From positions 39,515 to 103,514 of the forward strand of contig JALHSP010000060.1 of the NCBI GenBank assembly GCA_022865305.1: a DNA stretch of 64,000 bases. Reading direction: 5' to 3'. Under the pieces are notes generated by a model, which ran no database searches, was not told the origin of the DNA, and saw only the letters and a list, made by a program, of their open reading frames with translations. Numbering within the stretch: position 1 is the first letter of the stretch; every line of letters starts with the position of its first letter. Source of the stretch: Bacteroidales bacterium. GTDB taxonomy: Bacteria; Bacteroidota; Bacteroidia; Bacteroidales; VadinHA17. The position numbers were made by a program, and so were the translations under genes. Below, piece by piece: positions 1 to 10,834 of the stretch.

Positions 1-203
1 AAGTGCCCCATTTCAGCTTTTGTGGTATGCTTTTCCTTTTTTTCATCGAATCCAAGCTGCACAGCAAAGTAGCCATCCTTTTCTTTGGTTTTTATCTGGG
101 TGACAACGCAAGGGCCAGCCTGCAACACCGTACAAGAAACATTCTTCCCATCTTTATCAAAAATGGAGGTCATTCCTACTTTTATTCCAATTAATCCCTG
201 CAT
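1..203 (-). CDS. rplC: 50S ribosomal protein L3, N-terminal part (runs off window)
   Basis: Manual translation from ATG at 203: [39 protein letters not shown]; follows rpsJ. Not in the ORF track. Confidence 0.95.
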   Translation of the reverse strand, partial: MQGLIGIKVGMTSIFDKDGKNVSCTVLQAGPCVVTQIKTKEKDGYFAVQLGFDEKKEKHTTKAEMGH

Positions 204-224
204 CTTTCTTTTGATTTACTGGTT

Positions 225-530
225 TCACACTTTAATTTCTACTTCTACCCCGCTGGGAAGCTCAAGCTTCATAAGAGCGTCGATGGTCTTGGGAGTCGAG
301 CTGTAAATATCCAGAAGCCTTTTATAGGATGAAAGCTGAAATTGCTCCCTAGACTTTTTATTTACAAACGGCGAACGAAGAACCGTATAAATCTTTTTGT
401 GGGTAGGAAGCGGAATAGGACCGCTAACCACTGCACCAGTAGATTTTACTGTTTTTACAATCTTCTCTGCAGATTTATCTACGAGGTTATGATCGTAAGA
501 TTTCAGTTTAATACGAATTTTCTGACTCAT
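225..530 (-). CDS. rpsJ: 30S ribosomal protein S10
   Basis: [18 protein letters not shown]...GPIPLPT...KSREQF. Confidence 0.99.
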   Translation of the reverse strand: MSQKIRIKLKSYDHNLVDKSAEKIVKTVKSTGAVVSGPIPLPTHKKIYTVLRSPFVNKKSREQFQLSSYKRLLDIYSSTPKTIDALMKLELPSGVEVEIKV

Positions 531-532
531 CT

Positions 533-2635
533 TTAAAATATTTTTCCTTTTGTAATTTCAACTATTCTGTTTGCTATTTCCTCAGGAACCTCCTCGTAAT
601 GTGAGAACTCCATTGTCGAAGTTGCTCTTCCAGAGGTCAGTGTACGAAGAACTGTTACATAGCCAAACTTTTCGGCCAGAGGTACTTTTGCTCTTACTAC
701 TCTTGAACCTGCTTTAGATTCCATACCCTCTACCTTGCCCCTTCTCCTGTTGAAATCGCGTATTACATCCCCGACATATTCTTCAGGAGTAACAACTTCC
801 GTTGACATTATTGGCTCAAGAAGAACCGGATTGCATTTTCCGGCAAACCGTCTGAATGCCTGTTTGGCAGCAATTTCAAATGAAAGGGCATCGGAATCAA
901 CAGGATGGAATGAACCGTCTTTTAATATTACCTTAAGACTATCGAGGGGGAAACCTGCGAGAGGACCATTTGACATCGCTTCGCGGAATCCTTTTTCTAC
1001 TGAGGGAATGTATTCTTTCGGCACATTTCCCCTTTTTATTTCATTCACAAACTGTAAGCCCCTTATACCATTATCAGCTGGCATTAATTCTACTGTAATG
1101 TCAGCATATTTCCCTCTACCCCCGGTTTGTTTCTTAAATACCTCGCGGAACTCGGCAGAAATTGTAATAGCCTCTTTATATGCAACCTGGGGAGGACCCT
1201 GATTACATTCAACATTGAATTCTCTTTTCAGCCTGTCAATAAGGATTTCAAGATGCAACTCGCCCATGCCGTTAATTATTGTCTGTCCGCTGTCGGGATC
1301 AACTTTGACCTGGAATGTAGGATCTTCTTCGGACAGTTTACCTAGTGCCAGCGATAATTTGTCAAAGTCCGCCTGTGTCTTCGGTTCAATTGCTACACCG
1401 ATTACCGGTTCCGGGAAATCCATCGTTTCAAGTAAAATTGGCTTATGGATGGCACAAAGAGTATCTCCTGTTTTTAGTTCTTTAAATCCAACTCCGGCAC
1501 CTATATCACCGGCTGAAATATTATCTATAGGATTCTGCTTATTGGCATGCATCCGGAAAAGACGGTTGATTCTTTCCCTTTTCCCCGTACGTGCGTTGAG
1601 TACTGTGTCTCCGGCATGAAGTATTCCAGAATAAACCCGCAGAAAAACAAGTCTTCCGACAAATGGATCCGTTGCTATTTTAAAGGCAAGAGCCGCAAGT
1701 GGTGCTTCATCATCGGGTTCACGAGTAATCTCATTGTCATTCCTTGGATCAAATCCTTCGATGGTACCTTTATCAACAGGAGAAGGAAGAAATGCAACTA
1801 TCGAATCAAGAAGGCTCTGTATACCCTTATTTTTCAAAGCAGCTCCGCAAATTACCGGAACAGATGATCCGCTGACAGCAGATTTCCTCAAAGCTGTTAA
1901 TATTTCTTCTGCTGTAATTGATTCATGATCTTCAATGTATCTCTCCAGTAATGTATCGTCAACCTCAGCTAGAGCTTCAACCAGCTTTCCTCTCCATTCT
2001 TCGGCTTCATCAACCATGTCTGAAGGTACATCTTCGATTTCAAACCTTGTACCGGTCTCCTCATCGTTATAATATACAATTGCCTTCATTTTTACCAGAT
2101 CGATGACACCCGTAAAGTTTTCCTCTGCCCCTATTGGTATCTGAACAGGAACAGGATGGGCATCAAGTTTTTCTTTGATCTGGTAGATAACACTCAGGAA
2201 ATCAGCCCCTGTACGATCCATCTTATTAATAAAGGCAATTCTTGGTACACCATATTTATCAGCCTGTCGCCATACTGTTTCAGATTGTGGTTCAACCCCG
2301 CCTACGGCACAAAATACGGCAACTGCTCCATCGAGCACCCTCAGAGATCTTTCGACCTCAACAGTAAAATCAACATGCCCGGGAGTATCAATAATGTTAA
2401 TCTTAAAATCCTCACCGTTGTATTTCCAGTAAGTTGTTGTTGCAGCTGAAGTAATTGTAATACCCCTTTCCTGTTCCTGAATCATCCAGTCCATCTGGGC
2501 ATTACCATCATGCACTTCGCCCATGCGATGTGTACGACCCGTGTAAAACAGAATACGCTCTGTCGTTGTGGTCTTACCGGCATCGATGTGGGCCATGATT
2601 CCGATGTTTCTGGTATATTTCAGGTTCTTATCCAT
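533..2635 (-). CDS. fusA: Elongation factor G (canonical, str operon)
   Basis: [22 protein letters not shown] and NKMD motifs; between rpsG and rpsJ. Confidence 0.98.
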   Translation of the reverse strand: MDKNLKYTRNIGIMAHIDAGKTTTTERILFYTGRTHRMGEVHDGNAQMDWMIQEQERGITITSAATTTYWKYNGEDFKINIIDTPGHVDFTVEVERSLRVLDGAVAVFCAVGGVEPQSETVWRQADKYGVPRIAFINKMDRTGADFLSVIYQIKEKLDAHPVPVQIPIGAEENFTGVIDLVKMKAIVYYNDEETGTRFEIEDVPSDMVDEAEEWRGKLVEALAEVDDTLLERYIEDHESITAEEILTALRKSAVSGSSVPVICGAALKNKGIQSLLDSIVAFLPSPVDKGTIEGFDPRNDNEITREPDDEAPLAALAFKIATDPFVGRLVFLRVYSGILHAGDTVLNARTGKRERINRLFRMHANKQNPIDNISAGDIGAGVGFKELKTGDTLCAIHKPILLETMDFPEPVIGVAIEPKTQADFDKLSLALGKLSEEDPTFQVKVDPDSGQTIINGMGELHLEILIDRLKREFNVECNQGPPQVAYKEAITISAEFREVFKKQTGGRGKYADITVELMPADNGIRGLQFVNEIKRGNVPKEYIPSVEKGFREAMSNGPLAGFPLDSLKVILKDGSFHPVDSDALSFEIAAKQAFRRFAGKCNPVLLEPIMSTEVVTPEEYVGDVIRDFNRRRGKVEGMESKAGSRVVRAKVPLAEKFGYVTVLRTLTSGRATSTMEFSHYEEVPEEIANRIVEITKGKIF

Positions 2636-2669
2636 CTTTTAATTTTCCTGCAGCTGCCCTGATAATCAG

Positions 2670-3146
2670 TTAAAACCGGAAATGAGCAAAAGCTTTGTTT
2701 GCTTCCGCCATCCGGTGAGTATCTTCCTTCTTCTTGTATGCACCGCCCTCAAGTTTATAAGCAGCCATCAGTTCTGCAGCAAGTCTTTCAGCCATTGAGT
2801 GACCGGTCCTCTTGCGTGCAAAGGAGATCATGTTTTTCATGCTGATGCTTACTTTACGGTCAGACCGTATTTCCATCGGTACCTGAAAAGTGGCACCTCC
2901 CACCCGGCGTGCTTTGACTTCAACCTGGGGAGTAACATTTTCGAGAGCCTGCTTAAATATTTCAAGCGGGGTTTTCCCTTCGCTCTTAAATTTATCACTG
3001 ACAATTTCAAGGGAGTCGTAAAAAATTTTAAAAGCGAGGTTCTTCTTACCATTAAACATAAGATTATTAACAAACCTTGTTACATACGGATCATTAAATT
3101 TTGGATCCGGCAACAGAATCCTCTTCTTTGGTTTTGTTTTTCTCAT
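2670..3146 (-). CDS. rpsG: 30S ribosomal protein S7
   Basis: [26 protein letters not shown]. Confidence 0.99.
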   Translation of the reverse strand: MRKTKPKKRILLPDPKFNDPYVTRFVNNLMFNGKKNLAFKIFYDSLEIVSDKFKSEGKTPLEIFKQALENVTPQVEVKARRVGGATFQVPMEIRSDRKVSISMKNMISFARKRTGHSMAERLAAELMAAYKLEGGAYKKKEDTHRMAEANKAFAHFRF

Positions 3147-3168
3147 TATCTTATTCCTTTAACTGTTG

Positions 3169-3543
3169 TTATTTCTTTGGTCTTTTTGCACCATATTTTG
3201 ATCGCCTCTGTGTACGGCCATCAACTCCTGAGGTATCAAGAGCACCACGTACAAGGTGGTAACGAACGCCAGGGAGATCTTTTACCCTTCCACCCCTGAT
3301 AAGCACGATAGAGTGCTCCTGGAGATTATGACCCTCTCCGGGAATATAAGCGTTAACTTCTTTCTGGTTTGTAAGTCTTACCCTGGCAACCTTCCTCATA
3401 GCTGAATTTGGCTTTTTCGGTGTTGTAGTATATACTCTTACACAAACACCTCTTCTTTGAGGACATGAATCGAGAGCAGGAGCCTTACTTTTATCAATCA
3501 GTCTCTTCCTTCCTTTTCTTACTAACTGCTGAATTGTTGGCAT
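3169..3543 (-). CDS. rpsL: 30S ribosomal protein S12
   Basis: [35 protein letters not shown]. Confidence 0.99.
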   Translation of the reverse strand: MPTIQQLVRKGRKRLIDKSKAPALDSCPQRRGVCVRVYTTTPKKPNSAMRKVARVRLTNQKEVNAYIPGEGHNLQEHSIVLIRGGRVKDLPGVRYHLVRGALDTSGVDGRTQRRSKYGAKRPKK

Positions 3544-3589
3544 ATTTCCAATTATTTAAGCATTAAATTTTACTTGAAAAAATGGTTCG

Positions 3590-3622
3590 CAAAGGTATTA
3601 TTTTTATTTCATTATTAACAAA
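3590..3622 (-). promoter_or_regulatory. Bacteroidota primary-sigma promoter of the str operon
   Basis: Minus strand TTTG (3622-3619), 21 nt spacer, TACCTTTG (3597-3590); matches the -33/-7 consensus TTTG...TAnnTTTG. Confidence 0.7.
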
Positions 3623-3893
3623 CAAGTCTGCTGTTTTTTATATTACATTGTATATCATACATTTAAGACAACTGACTATTTTCAATAATCAGCTCTTAAA
3701 GCATTTTTAAAATATATAACTTAAAAAATGTAAGTTATTAACAGGTTCCTTCCCGACTTTTCCCGACGGAAAATATTTTATAAACTTACCTGTGAAAGAA
3801 AAACCGGTACTCCTGCATTTCAAAAAACTGGTGCAAAGAAAACAAAAAATCTGTAATTCTGCTCTCTTTCTTAAACTGTTTTTAAAAAATTAT

Positions 3894-3901
3894 TAATTTT
3901 G
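3894..3901 (+). promoter_or_regulatory. Putative -7 promoter element for EF-G2
   Basis: TAATTTTG about 60 nt upstream of the ATG. Confidence 0.5.
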
Positions 3902-3958
3902 TCCCCTCAAAATCATCCTAAATAATTAATAAATACTAAATAAAATATCCGGATAATT

Positions 3959-6115
3959 ATGAAAACATACCAGATAGACCAGATAAAGAACATTGCTATT
4001 ATAGGTAATTCCGGGTCAGGGAAGACAATCCTGGCCGAGGCGATGCTCTTTAACGGAGGAATTATTGAAAGACGGGGAACAATCGAGGGACAAAATACTG
4101 TTTCCGATTATCGTCCGATAGAACATGAGAACGGAAACTCAATCTTTTCAACGGTTCTTTATACTGAATTTCAGAATAAGAAAATAAATATTCTTGATAC
4201 TCCCGGTCTCGATGATTTCAGCGGTGGAGTTATTTCTTCGCTCTATGCAGCTGATACTGCTGTTATGACAATCAATGTTCAGAATGGTGTCGAAGTTGGA
4301 TCAGAAATACATTTCCGTCATGCAGAGAAAGTTCATAAGCCTCTTATTCTGGTGATTAATGGTCTGGATCATGAAAAATCACATTTCGAGAAAGCAGTTG
4401 AAATGATGAAGGAGAGGTTCGGAAATAATGTAACTCTTGTTCAGTATCCTGTAAACGAAGGTGTGGGATTCAATTCAATAATTGATGTTCTTGGGATGAA
4501 AATGCTCCAGTATCAGAAAGATGGAGGAGCAGCTAAAGTAGTTGATATACCTGCTGACCAGAAAAACAAAGCAGAGGAGTTGCACAATGCTCTTGTTGAA
4601 AAAGCAGCCGAGAGCGATGAATCTCTGATGGAGCTCTTTTTTGCAAACGATAAGCTTACCGAGGAAGAAATAAGAAAAGGAATTGCAAAAGGACTGTTAA
4701 CAAGGGCTATGTTCCCGGTTTTTTGTACTTCGGGCAAAAATAATATCGGTGTGGAACGCCTCATGGAATTCATTGTCAGCGAAGCACCATCAATAACTGA
4801 TATGCCTGTTCCAAAAAACAGCAAGGGAAACGAAGTTAAGCCTAATCCTGCCGGACCAGCATCTGTTTATGTATTCAAATCTTCCATTGAAGAGCATATC
4901 GGTGAAATCAACTACTACCGTGTCTATTCAGGAAAAATTACTGAAAACCTCGATGTCATTAACTATAATAACAGCACCAAGGAAAGGCTGTCACAACTGT
5001 TTGTATGTGCAGGTAAAAACAGGACAAGAGTGCCGGAACTTCATACAGGTGATATCGGTGCTATCGTGAAACTCAAAAACACAAAAACAGATCATACTTT
5101 AAATGTATCAGGCAATGACTGGAGATATGAAGGAGTAAGATTCCCTGACCCAAAATACCGTACAGCAATAAAGGCACAAAGTGAAAGTGATGATGAAAAG
5201 CTGGGAGAGGCTCTGAATAAGCTTCATCTTGAGGATCCCACAATTATAATTGAATATTCCAAAGAACTGAAACAAATTATTGTTCACGGACAGGGGGAAT
5301 ATCATTTAAATATAATGAAATGGCATCTTGATAATATCTATAAGATACCGACAAACTTTAATCCCCCAAAAATACCTTATCGTGAGACAATTACAAAAGC
5401 AGCCCAGGCTGATTACAGACATAAAAAACAATCAGGTGGTGCAGGCCAGTTCGGAGAAGTACATATGATTATTGAACCTTACGTGGAGGGATCACCAGAA
5501 CTGACTATGCAGAAGTTCGGAGGGAAAGAAATAAAACTCTCAGTAAGAAACAAGGATGAGATTGATCTTGATTGGGGGGGAAAGCTTATTTATTGTAACT
5601 GCATTGTAGGCGGGTCTATCGATGCCAGGTTCATGCCTGCAATACTTAAAGGGATCATGGAGAAAATGGAAGTTGGTCCGCTGACAGGATCATATGCTCG
5701 TGATATCAGGGTTTACGTTTATGACGGCAAAATGCACCCGGTCGATTCAAATGAAATATCTTTCAGGCTGGCAGGCCGAAATGCATTCAGCCAGGCATTC
5801 AAAAATGCAAATCCGAAAATTCTGGAGCCTGTATATGATGTTGAAATAATGGTTCCATCCGATCGTATGGGTGATGTCATCAGCGACCTGCAAGGCCGCC
5901 GTGGAATGGTGCTCGGTATGGCTAGCGAAAAGAGGTTCGAGGTAATCAAGGCAAGGGTGCCACTGGCAGAAATGAATAAGTACTCTACAGCCCTGAGCTC
6001 AATAACCGGCGGACGTGCCATGTACACAATGAAATTTGCAGAATATGTCCAGGTTCCTGGTGATGTCCAGGAGGCTGTTATAAAGGCTTATACTGAAGAA
6101 GAGGAAGAAGAATAG
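3959..6115 (+). CDS. fusA2: Elongation factor G paralog (EF-G2 type)
   Basis: EF-G architecture (HKKQSGGAGQFGEV, DGKMHPVDS) with degenerate G motifs (GNSGSGKT, DTPGLDDF, NGLD) and a domain IV insert. Confidence 0.92.
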   Translation: MKTYQIDQIKNIAIIGNSGSGKTILAEAMLFNGGIIERRGTIEGQNTVSDYRPIEHENGNSIFSTVLYTEFQNKKINILDTPGLDDFSGGVISSLYAADTAVMTINVQNGVEVGSEIHFRHAEKVHKPLILVINGLDHEKSHFEKAVEMMKERFGNNVTLVQYPVNEGVGFNSIIDVLGMKMLQYQKDGGAAKVVDIPADQKNKAEELHNALVEKAAESDESLMELFFANDKLTEEEIRKGIAKGLLTRAMFPVFCTSGKNNIGVERLMEFIVSEAPSITDMPVPKNSKGNEVKPNPAGPASVYVFKSSIEEHIGEINYYRVYSGKITENLDVINYNNSTKERLSQLFVCAGKNRTRVPELHTGDIGAIVKLKNTKTDHTLNVSGNDWRYEGVRFPDPKYRTAIKAQSESDDEKLGEALNKLHLEDPTIIIEYSKELKQIIVHGQGEYHLNIMKWHLDNIYKIPTNFNPPKIPYRETITKAAQADYRHKKQSGGAGQFGEVHMIIEPYVEGSPELTMQKFGGKEIKLSVRNKDEIDLDWGGKLIYCNCIVGGSIDARFMPAILKGIMEKMEVGPLTGSYARDIRVYVYDGKMHPVDSNEISFRLAGRNAFSQAFKNANPKILEPVYDVEIMVPSDRMGDVISDLQGRRGMVLGMASEKRFEVIKARVPLAEMNKYSTALSSITGGRAMYTMKFAEYVQVPGDVQEAVIKAYTEEEEEE

Positions 6116-6253
6116 CACGTACTCACCCCCTTCCTTCGCTCCGCTCGGTATTCCCCCTCTCTGCTCACGCAAAGAGGGGGAAACTGTTAATATTCAATCC
6201 ATTGCGCCCCCCTCTTTACGAAGTAGAGAGGGGGGCGGGGGGGTGAGTACATG
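6116..6253. repeat. G/C-rich inverted-repeat (REPIN/MITE-like) element
   Basis: Terminal IR cacgtactcaccccc / gggggtgagtacatg (14/15) enclosing two ccccctct...agaggggg hairpins; lies between convergent genes. Confidence 0.8.
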
Positions 6254-6257
6254 AGAA

Positions 6258-6557
6258 CTACACCGTCTTTACCACATCCCACACAAATGCCCTGATACCG
6301 ACATCCTCATTGATGGAGTCTATCTTTTTTACTTTATCAAGGACTTTATAAACGAGATTATCATCGATAATGGTCAGGACACTCTTATTGATTTCCGGCC
6401 AGGCATGTGTCCCCAGGTGAGGAACACCGGTATTGCTGCCCCTCCCCTGCACATTTTCCCATAATGTATAACCTTTAATACCCAATTTATCAAGCATATA
6501 CTCAACTTTCTCAGTATTCGCCTGGTTGTATATTATCATTATTGCTTTCATATTCAA
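6258..6557 (-). CDS. P-II-like transporter-associated protein (PG0541-like)
   Basis: 99 aa, GYTLWENVQGRGS...PHLGTHAWPEIN; last gene of the RND operon. Confidence 0.8.
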   Translation of the reverse strand: MNMKAIMIIYNQANTEKVEYMLDKLGIKGYTLWENVQGRGSNTGVPHLGTHAWPEINKSVLTIIDDNLVYKVLDKVKKIDSINEDVGIRAFVWDVVKTV

Positions 6558-6574
6558 TCATTTTTCTTTAAAAA

Positions 6575-9500
6575 CTACTTTGAAGCACCGTTATTGCCAT
6601 TCATGAAATCCATCTCGGAATATACGGCCAGGCTCTTATTCCGCTCACCATGCTTCGCAATAATCGAATAAACAACAGGTACAAGAACAAGAGTAACCAC
6701 GGTTGAAAATATAAGTCCTCCGATAACGGCCACGCCCATCGGGCTCCAGAGCTCGGAACCTGAACCCGTGCTCATTGCCAGCGGCAGCATACCAAGGATG
6801 GTTGTCGCAGAAGTCATGATCACAGGTCTCAGACGCGACCTGCCTGACAGTGCAATAGCTTCATAGAGTTCAAGACCTCTTTCACGCATGAGGTTTATAA
6901 AATCAACCAGCACAATTGCGTTCTTCACTACAATACCAATCAGCATCACAGCTCCGATTGCAGAAATTACGCTCAGGGTTGTATGCGTAATAAACAAAGC
7001 GATGGCGACACCCGAGAATGCAAATGGTATTGAGAACATTATTATAAAGGGCATCTTCAGCGATTCAAACTGGGACGCCATAACAAGATAAACAAGTACC
7101 AGGCTGACCATTAAAAGAAATGCAATATCCATAAAAGACTCCATCTGTTCCTTTATTGCTCCGGATATCTGTACAATAACGCCTGCAGGAATAGATGTTT
7201 CATTGATTGCTTTCTGAACTTCTAGCTGCAGTTCTGTAAGAGATCTCTTATAAGGAGTAAAAGATACATTTACAATCCTTTCCCTTCGTTTTCTTGCGAT
7301 ACTTGGCGGTGACCAGAACTCTTTAATGACTGCAATTTCACCAAGCCTTATTAACTGACCTATGGGATTTGATATACCTATATTTTCAATATCCGTCAGA
7401 GTACTTCTTGAGGTTTCTTTAAACCGTACAACAACATCATATTCATCACCCGACTGGCGAAGACGTGTCGCAGTCATACCTTCAACCCTGTTTTTGATTG
7501 CAGAAGATACCATTGCAGTATTCAGTCCGCTGGAGATCATTTTGTTCTGATCAAGAATGATCTGAAGTTCGGGTTTGGATTTATCGCGGCTTATTGTTAC
7601 ATCTTTTGCTCCCTCGATCTTCTTTATCTTGGTTGCAAGCTCCCCGGCAACTGCATTTGTTTCAGCAATATTATACCCGTAAATTTCCACATCAACGGTA
7701 CTGGAGCCAAAGCTTCCCATACTTTCAGAGGTGCTAACTGTAAAATCGACAATCTCAGGAAACTTTGCAAAATCAGATCTCATTTCTTCGGCCAGGACTG
7801 TTACACTTTTCTCACGTTCTTCAATTGGGACAAGTCTCAGAGTATAAGTGATCTTATGAGTTCCGGCTGCACCGAAAAGCGACTCAAATCCGGCCTGGTC
7901 GTCGGTACCGGTTGATGATGAGATCAGGTTGACTTCCGGATATTTTTCTTTTAACAATTTGTCGATTTTATCGGTTGTTTTTACGGTCTCATCCACTCTT
8001 GTGCCGGTCTGAAGTTCTATAGTTGCCGTAAGTCTTGATTGGTCAGCCTCTGGGAAAAATTCTGTATCAATTAGAGTAAACAGGCTCATTGATCCTGCAA
8101 ATACCACGATCGCGATTAAAGAGACAACTTTTTTATGATGAAGCGCCCACCGAAGGGTCTTCTCATAAAAATGGTCAAACCAGTCGAGTCCTTTCCGGAT
8201 ACTTCCGTCATAAGTCCAGAAAGGAGCATCTTTTCTGATCGGATACCATTTCAGGATCAGGGCACTCATTGTAGGGGTGAGTGTAATTGCTGCGAATACA
8301 GAAGTTACGATAGTAATTGAAACGAGCATTCCAAGCTGCTTGAAAAGAACTCCGGTAATACCTTTGACGAAAGTCAGAGGGAAAAATACAGCTACTACTG
8401 TTAATGTGGTAACAATAACTGCCAGCCAAACCTCATTTGTAGCATAAATGGCCGCTTCCCTTGGCCGGCTTCCCCTTTCAACATGTTTTGTGATGTTCTC
8501 CAGGACAACAATAGCATCATCCACCACCATACCGATTGCTATAGAAAGAGAGGTCAGTGAAATGATATTTATTGATTCTCCCGTTATAAACAGGTAGATA
8601 AATGCAACCACCAGGGAAACCGGGATTGTAACAATTATTATGACTGTTGCCCTCCATCGTCCAAGGAAGAAGAGCACCACAAGGACAACAAAAATTGCTG
8701 CATACAGAAGTGTCTCTGTCAGGTTGCTTATTGAATCTTTAATAAATGTTGCGCTATCGAAAAGTTTTTCGATTTTTACGTCAGCCGGCAGCTCTTTTGT
8801 TAAAGTTGCAAGTGTTTTTTCTATTTCTTTTGTCACTTTAACGGTATTGCCGCCCGATTGCTTCTGGACATACATGGTCATCCCCTGGAGACCATTGATT
8901 CTTGTGTCAAGCTTTGTTTCACGTATTGTATCCCGTACCGTCGCAACATCTTTAAGGTAGACATTGTTGCCGTTAAAGCTGCTTACCACAATGTTCTTCA
9001 TAACATCACTCTCGGGAAATTCACCCTGGATTCTAAGTGGATAATCGGTCTGACCCATTTCTAAGTAACCCGCCGGCATATTCATGTTTTCAGCCCGTAA
9101 AATATTACCAATCTGTTCTATGGTAAGATTGTATGCTTCCATTTTCCGGGGATCGACATCAATGTACACCTTACGGCCGGGAACACCTGCAAGGCTTACA
9201 GATCCGACTCCTTCTATCCTGTTCAGAGGATTTACTATTTTTTCATCAAGTATTTTTTCGAGCCCCCTGTAACTCTCTTTTGCAGTAATTGCATAGAAGA
9301 TGATAGGCATCATACTTGAATTGAATTTCATAATTGTCGGATTCTCACTGTCCTCAGGCAGGTAATTCTCTATAAAACTCAGGTTGCTTCTGATATCATT
9401 AGAGGCTTCATCGAGATTAGTACCATATTCAAAATTCATGAAGATGACTGATATACCGTCACTGGAGGTAGAGGTAATCTCTTTCAGATTACTTACAGCG

Positions 9501-9715
9501 TTCAGTACATCTTCAAGAGGTCTGGTTACATTGGTTTCAATATCAGATGCGCTGGCGCCCGGGTAGGTTGTTACCACTCCAATGAACGGGAGTTCCACCT
9601 CCGGGTAAAGATCCACTGGCAGTTGAGTAAGTGAATAAAGACCTATCACCATCAATGCAACGAAAATCAGGATCGTCGTTACCGGTCTCTTAACGGAAGT
9701 ACTGTATATACTCAT
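6575..9715 (-). CDS. RND efflux permease (AcrB/AcrD/AcrF family)
   Basis: 1046 aa; GMVVDDAIVVLENI, GIVVKNAIVLVDF, RLRPVIMT. Confidence 0.96.
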   Translation of the reverse strand: MSIYSTSVKRPVTTILIFVALMVIGLYSLTQLPVDLYPEVELPFIGVVTTYPGASASDIETNVTRPLEDVLNAVSNLKEITSTSSDGISVIFMNFEYGTNLDEASNDIRSNLSFIENYLPEDSENPTIMKFNSSMMPIIFYAITAKESYRGLEKILDEKIVNPLNRIEGVGSVSLAGVPGRKVYIDVDPRKMEAYNLTIEQIGNILRAENMNMPAGYLEMGQTDYPLRIQGEFPESDVMKNIVVSSFNGNNVYLKDVATVRDTIRETKLDTRINGLQGMTMYVQKQSGGNTVKVTKEIEKTLATLTKELPADVKIEKLFDSATFIKDSISNLTETLLYAAIFVVLVVLFFLGRWRATVIIIVTIPVSLVVAFIYLFITGESINIISLTSLSIAIGMVVDDAIVVLENITKHVERGSRPREAAIYATNEVWLAVIVTTLTVVAVFFPLTFVKGITGVLFKQLGMLVSITIVTSVFAAITLTPTMSALILKWYPIRKDAPFWTYDGSIRKGLDWFDHFYEKTLRWALHHKKVVSLIAIVVFAGSMSLFTLIDTEFFPEADQSRLTATIELQTGTRVDETVKTTDKIDKLLKEKYPEVNLISSSTGTDDQAGFESLFGAAGTHKITYTLRLVPIEEREKSVTVLAEEMRSDFAKFPEIVDFTVSTSESMGSFGSSTVDVEIYGYNIAETNAVAGELATKIKKIEGAKDVTISRDKSKPELQIILDQNKMISSGLNTAMVSSAIKNRVEGMTATRLRQSGDEYDVVVRFKETSRSTLTDIENIGISNPIGQLIRLGEIAVIKEFWSPPSIARKRRERIVNVSFTPYKRSLTELQLEVQKAINETSIPAGVIVQISGAIKEQMESFMDIAFLLMVSLVLVYLVMASQFESLKMPFIIMFSIPFAFSGVAIALFITHTTLSVISAIGAVMLIGIVVKNAIVLVDFINLMRERGLELYEAIALSGRSRLRPVIMTSATTILGMLPLAMSTGSGSELWSPMGVAVIGGLIFSTVVTLVLVPVVYSIIAKHGERNKSLAVYSEMDFMNGNNGASK

Positions 9716-9739
9716 TTTGATTCTGTTGTTATTCTGAAC

Positions 9740-10804
9740 TTACTTTACTATTTCAATCTTGTCATCATTAAGGAGTCTGGACTGCCCTTCTGAAACAAGC
9801 CTGTCTCCCTCCTTAATGTTTTCTGAAATGATCTCAAGGCGATCATCAAACCGTTTCCCTATCAATACTTCAATTCGTTTTGCAGTACCCTGGTTCTCAA
9901 TAAAAACATACCTGATATTAGTTCCTTCCTGCATCAGGACTGTACCCGCCGGAACAACGAAAGTCTCTACCTCCCCAAGGTCCATTGAAACCCTTACAAA
10001 CATTCCGGGTTTTAAAAGATCCTTCCTGTTAGGTACTTCAATCTCAGCAATAAAAGAGCGTGTGTCTGCATTTATCGTTGGAGCAACGCGGAAAATGAAA
10101 CCGGAGAATTTTTCACTACCATAGACATCGGTAGTGATTTCAGCTTTCATTCCCTTTTTTATCATGGGGTAATATTGTTCTGATATCCCGACATTTACCT
10201 TTAACGGGTTAACCTGCATCACAGTCACAATGGCTGATCTTCCTGATGTTGTTGTAGGAGTACCTGAATACATTTCTCCATCTTCGAAATATTTTCCTGT
10301 CACAACTCCATAGAATGGAGCTTTCAACAGTGTGTTCTGCTCCATGAATTCAACATTTGTTTTCAGAACATCGTATTGAGTCTTCATCTGGTCGTACTGC
10401 TGCTGTTTGGCGCTTCCTGCTCTTAAAAGAGTATCGAGTCTTGAAAGGTCTTTTGCCACGTTTGCGAGCTGCACTTTCTGCTGGTAAAGCTGTGTGCGGT
10501 CCATAAGAAAGAGGTCATTTCCTTTATTGACCCTGTCACCAACTTCTACATATATCTTATCTATTCTTCCCGGTGTTGAAGGGGCCATGTTCACCTCTTC
10601 AAAGGGAAGGATAGTAGCAGTATAATCTATTGTTCTGGCGATTTTTGTTTTTGCAAGGGTGGTAACCTGTACCGGGATAGCTGCTTTTTCTTCAGCTGTT
10701 GTATTGCTCTGTGAGGCTGCTGGCTGATTGGCATTCTTTGATGAACAGGCTGAAAGGATCAGGCTGCTTATCAGTATTGCCAAAATTGATTTTGTGTATT
10801 TCAT
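9740..10804 (-). CDS. RND periplasmic adaptor (membrane fusion lipoprotein)
   Basis: Lipobox LSAC, GRIDKIYVEVGDRV, LKAPFYGVV, LKPGMFV. Confidence 0.95.
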   Translation of the reverse strand: MKYTKSILAILISSLILSACSSKNANQPAASQSNTTAEEKAAIPVQVTTLAKTKIARTIDYTATILPFEEVNMAPSTPGRIDKIYVEVGDRVNKGNDLFLMDRTQLYQQKVQLANVAKDLSRLDTLLRAGSAKQQQYDQMKTQYDVLKTNVEFMEQNTLLKAPFYGVVTGKYFEDGEMYSGTPTTTSGRSAIVTVMQVNPLKVNVGISEQYYPMIKKGMKAEITTDVYGSEKFSGFIFRVAPTINADTRSFIAEIEVPNRKDLLKPGMFVRVSMDLGEVETFVVPAGTVLMQEGTNIRYVFIENQGTAKRIEVLIGKRFDDRLEIISENIKEGDRLVSEGQSRLLNDDKIEIVK

Positions 10805-10834
10805 TATCTTCTTTATTAAATATTCTTTAATTAA

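Noticed and set aside
735-2449. Numerous antisense ORFs within fusA and other long genes
   Set aside because: Shadow frames of real genes with no recognisable motifs.
225-3543. Absence of tuf from the str operon
   Set aside because: Normal arrangement in Bacteroidota.
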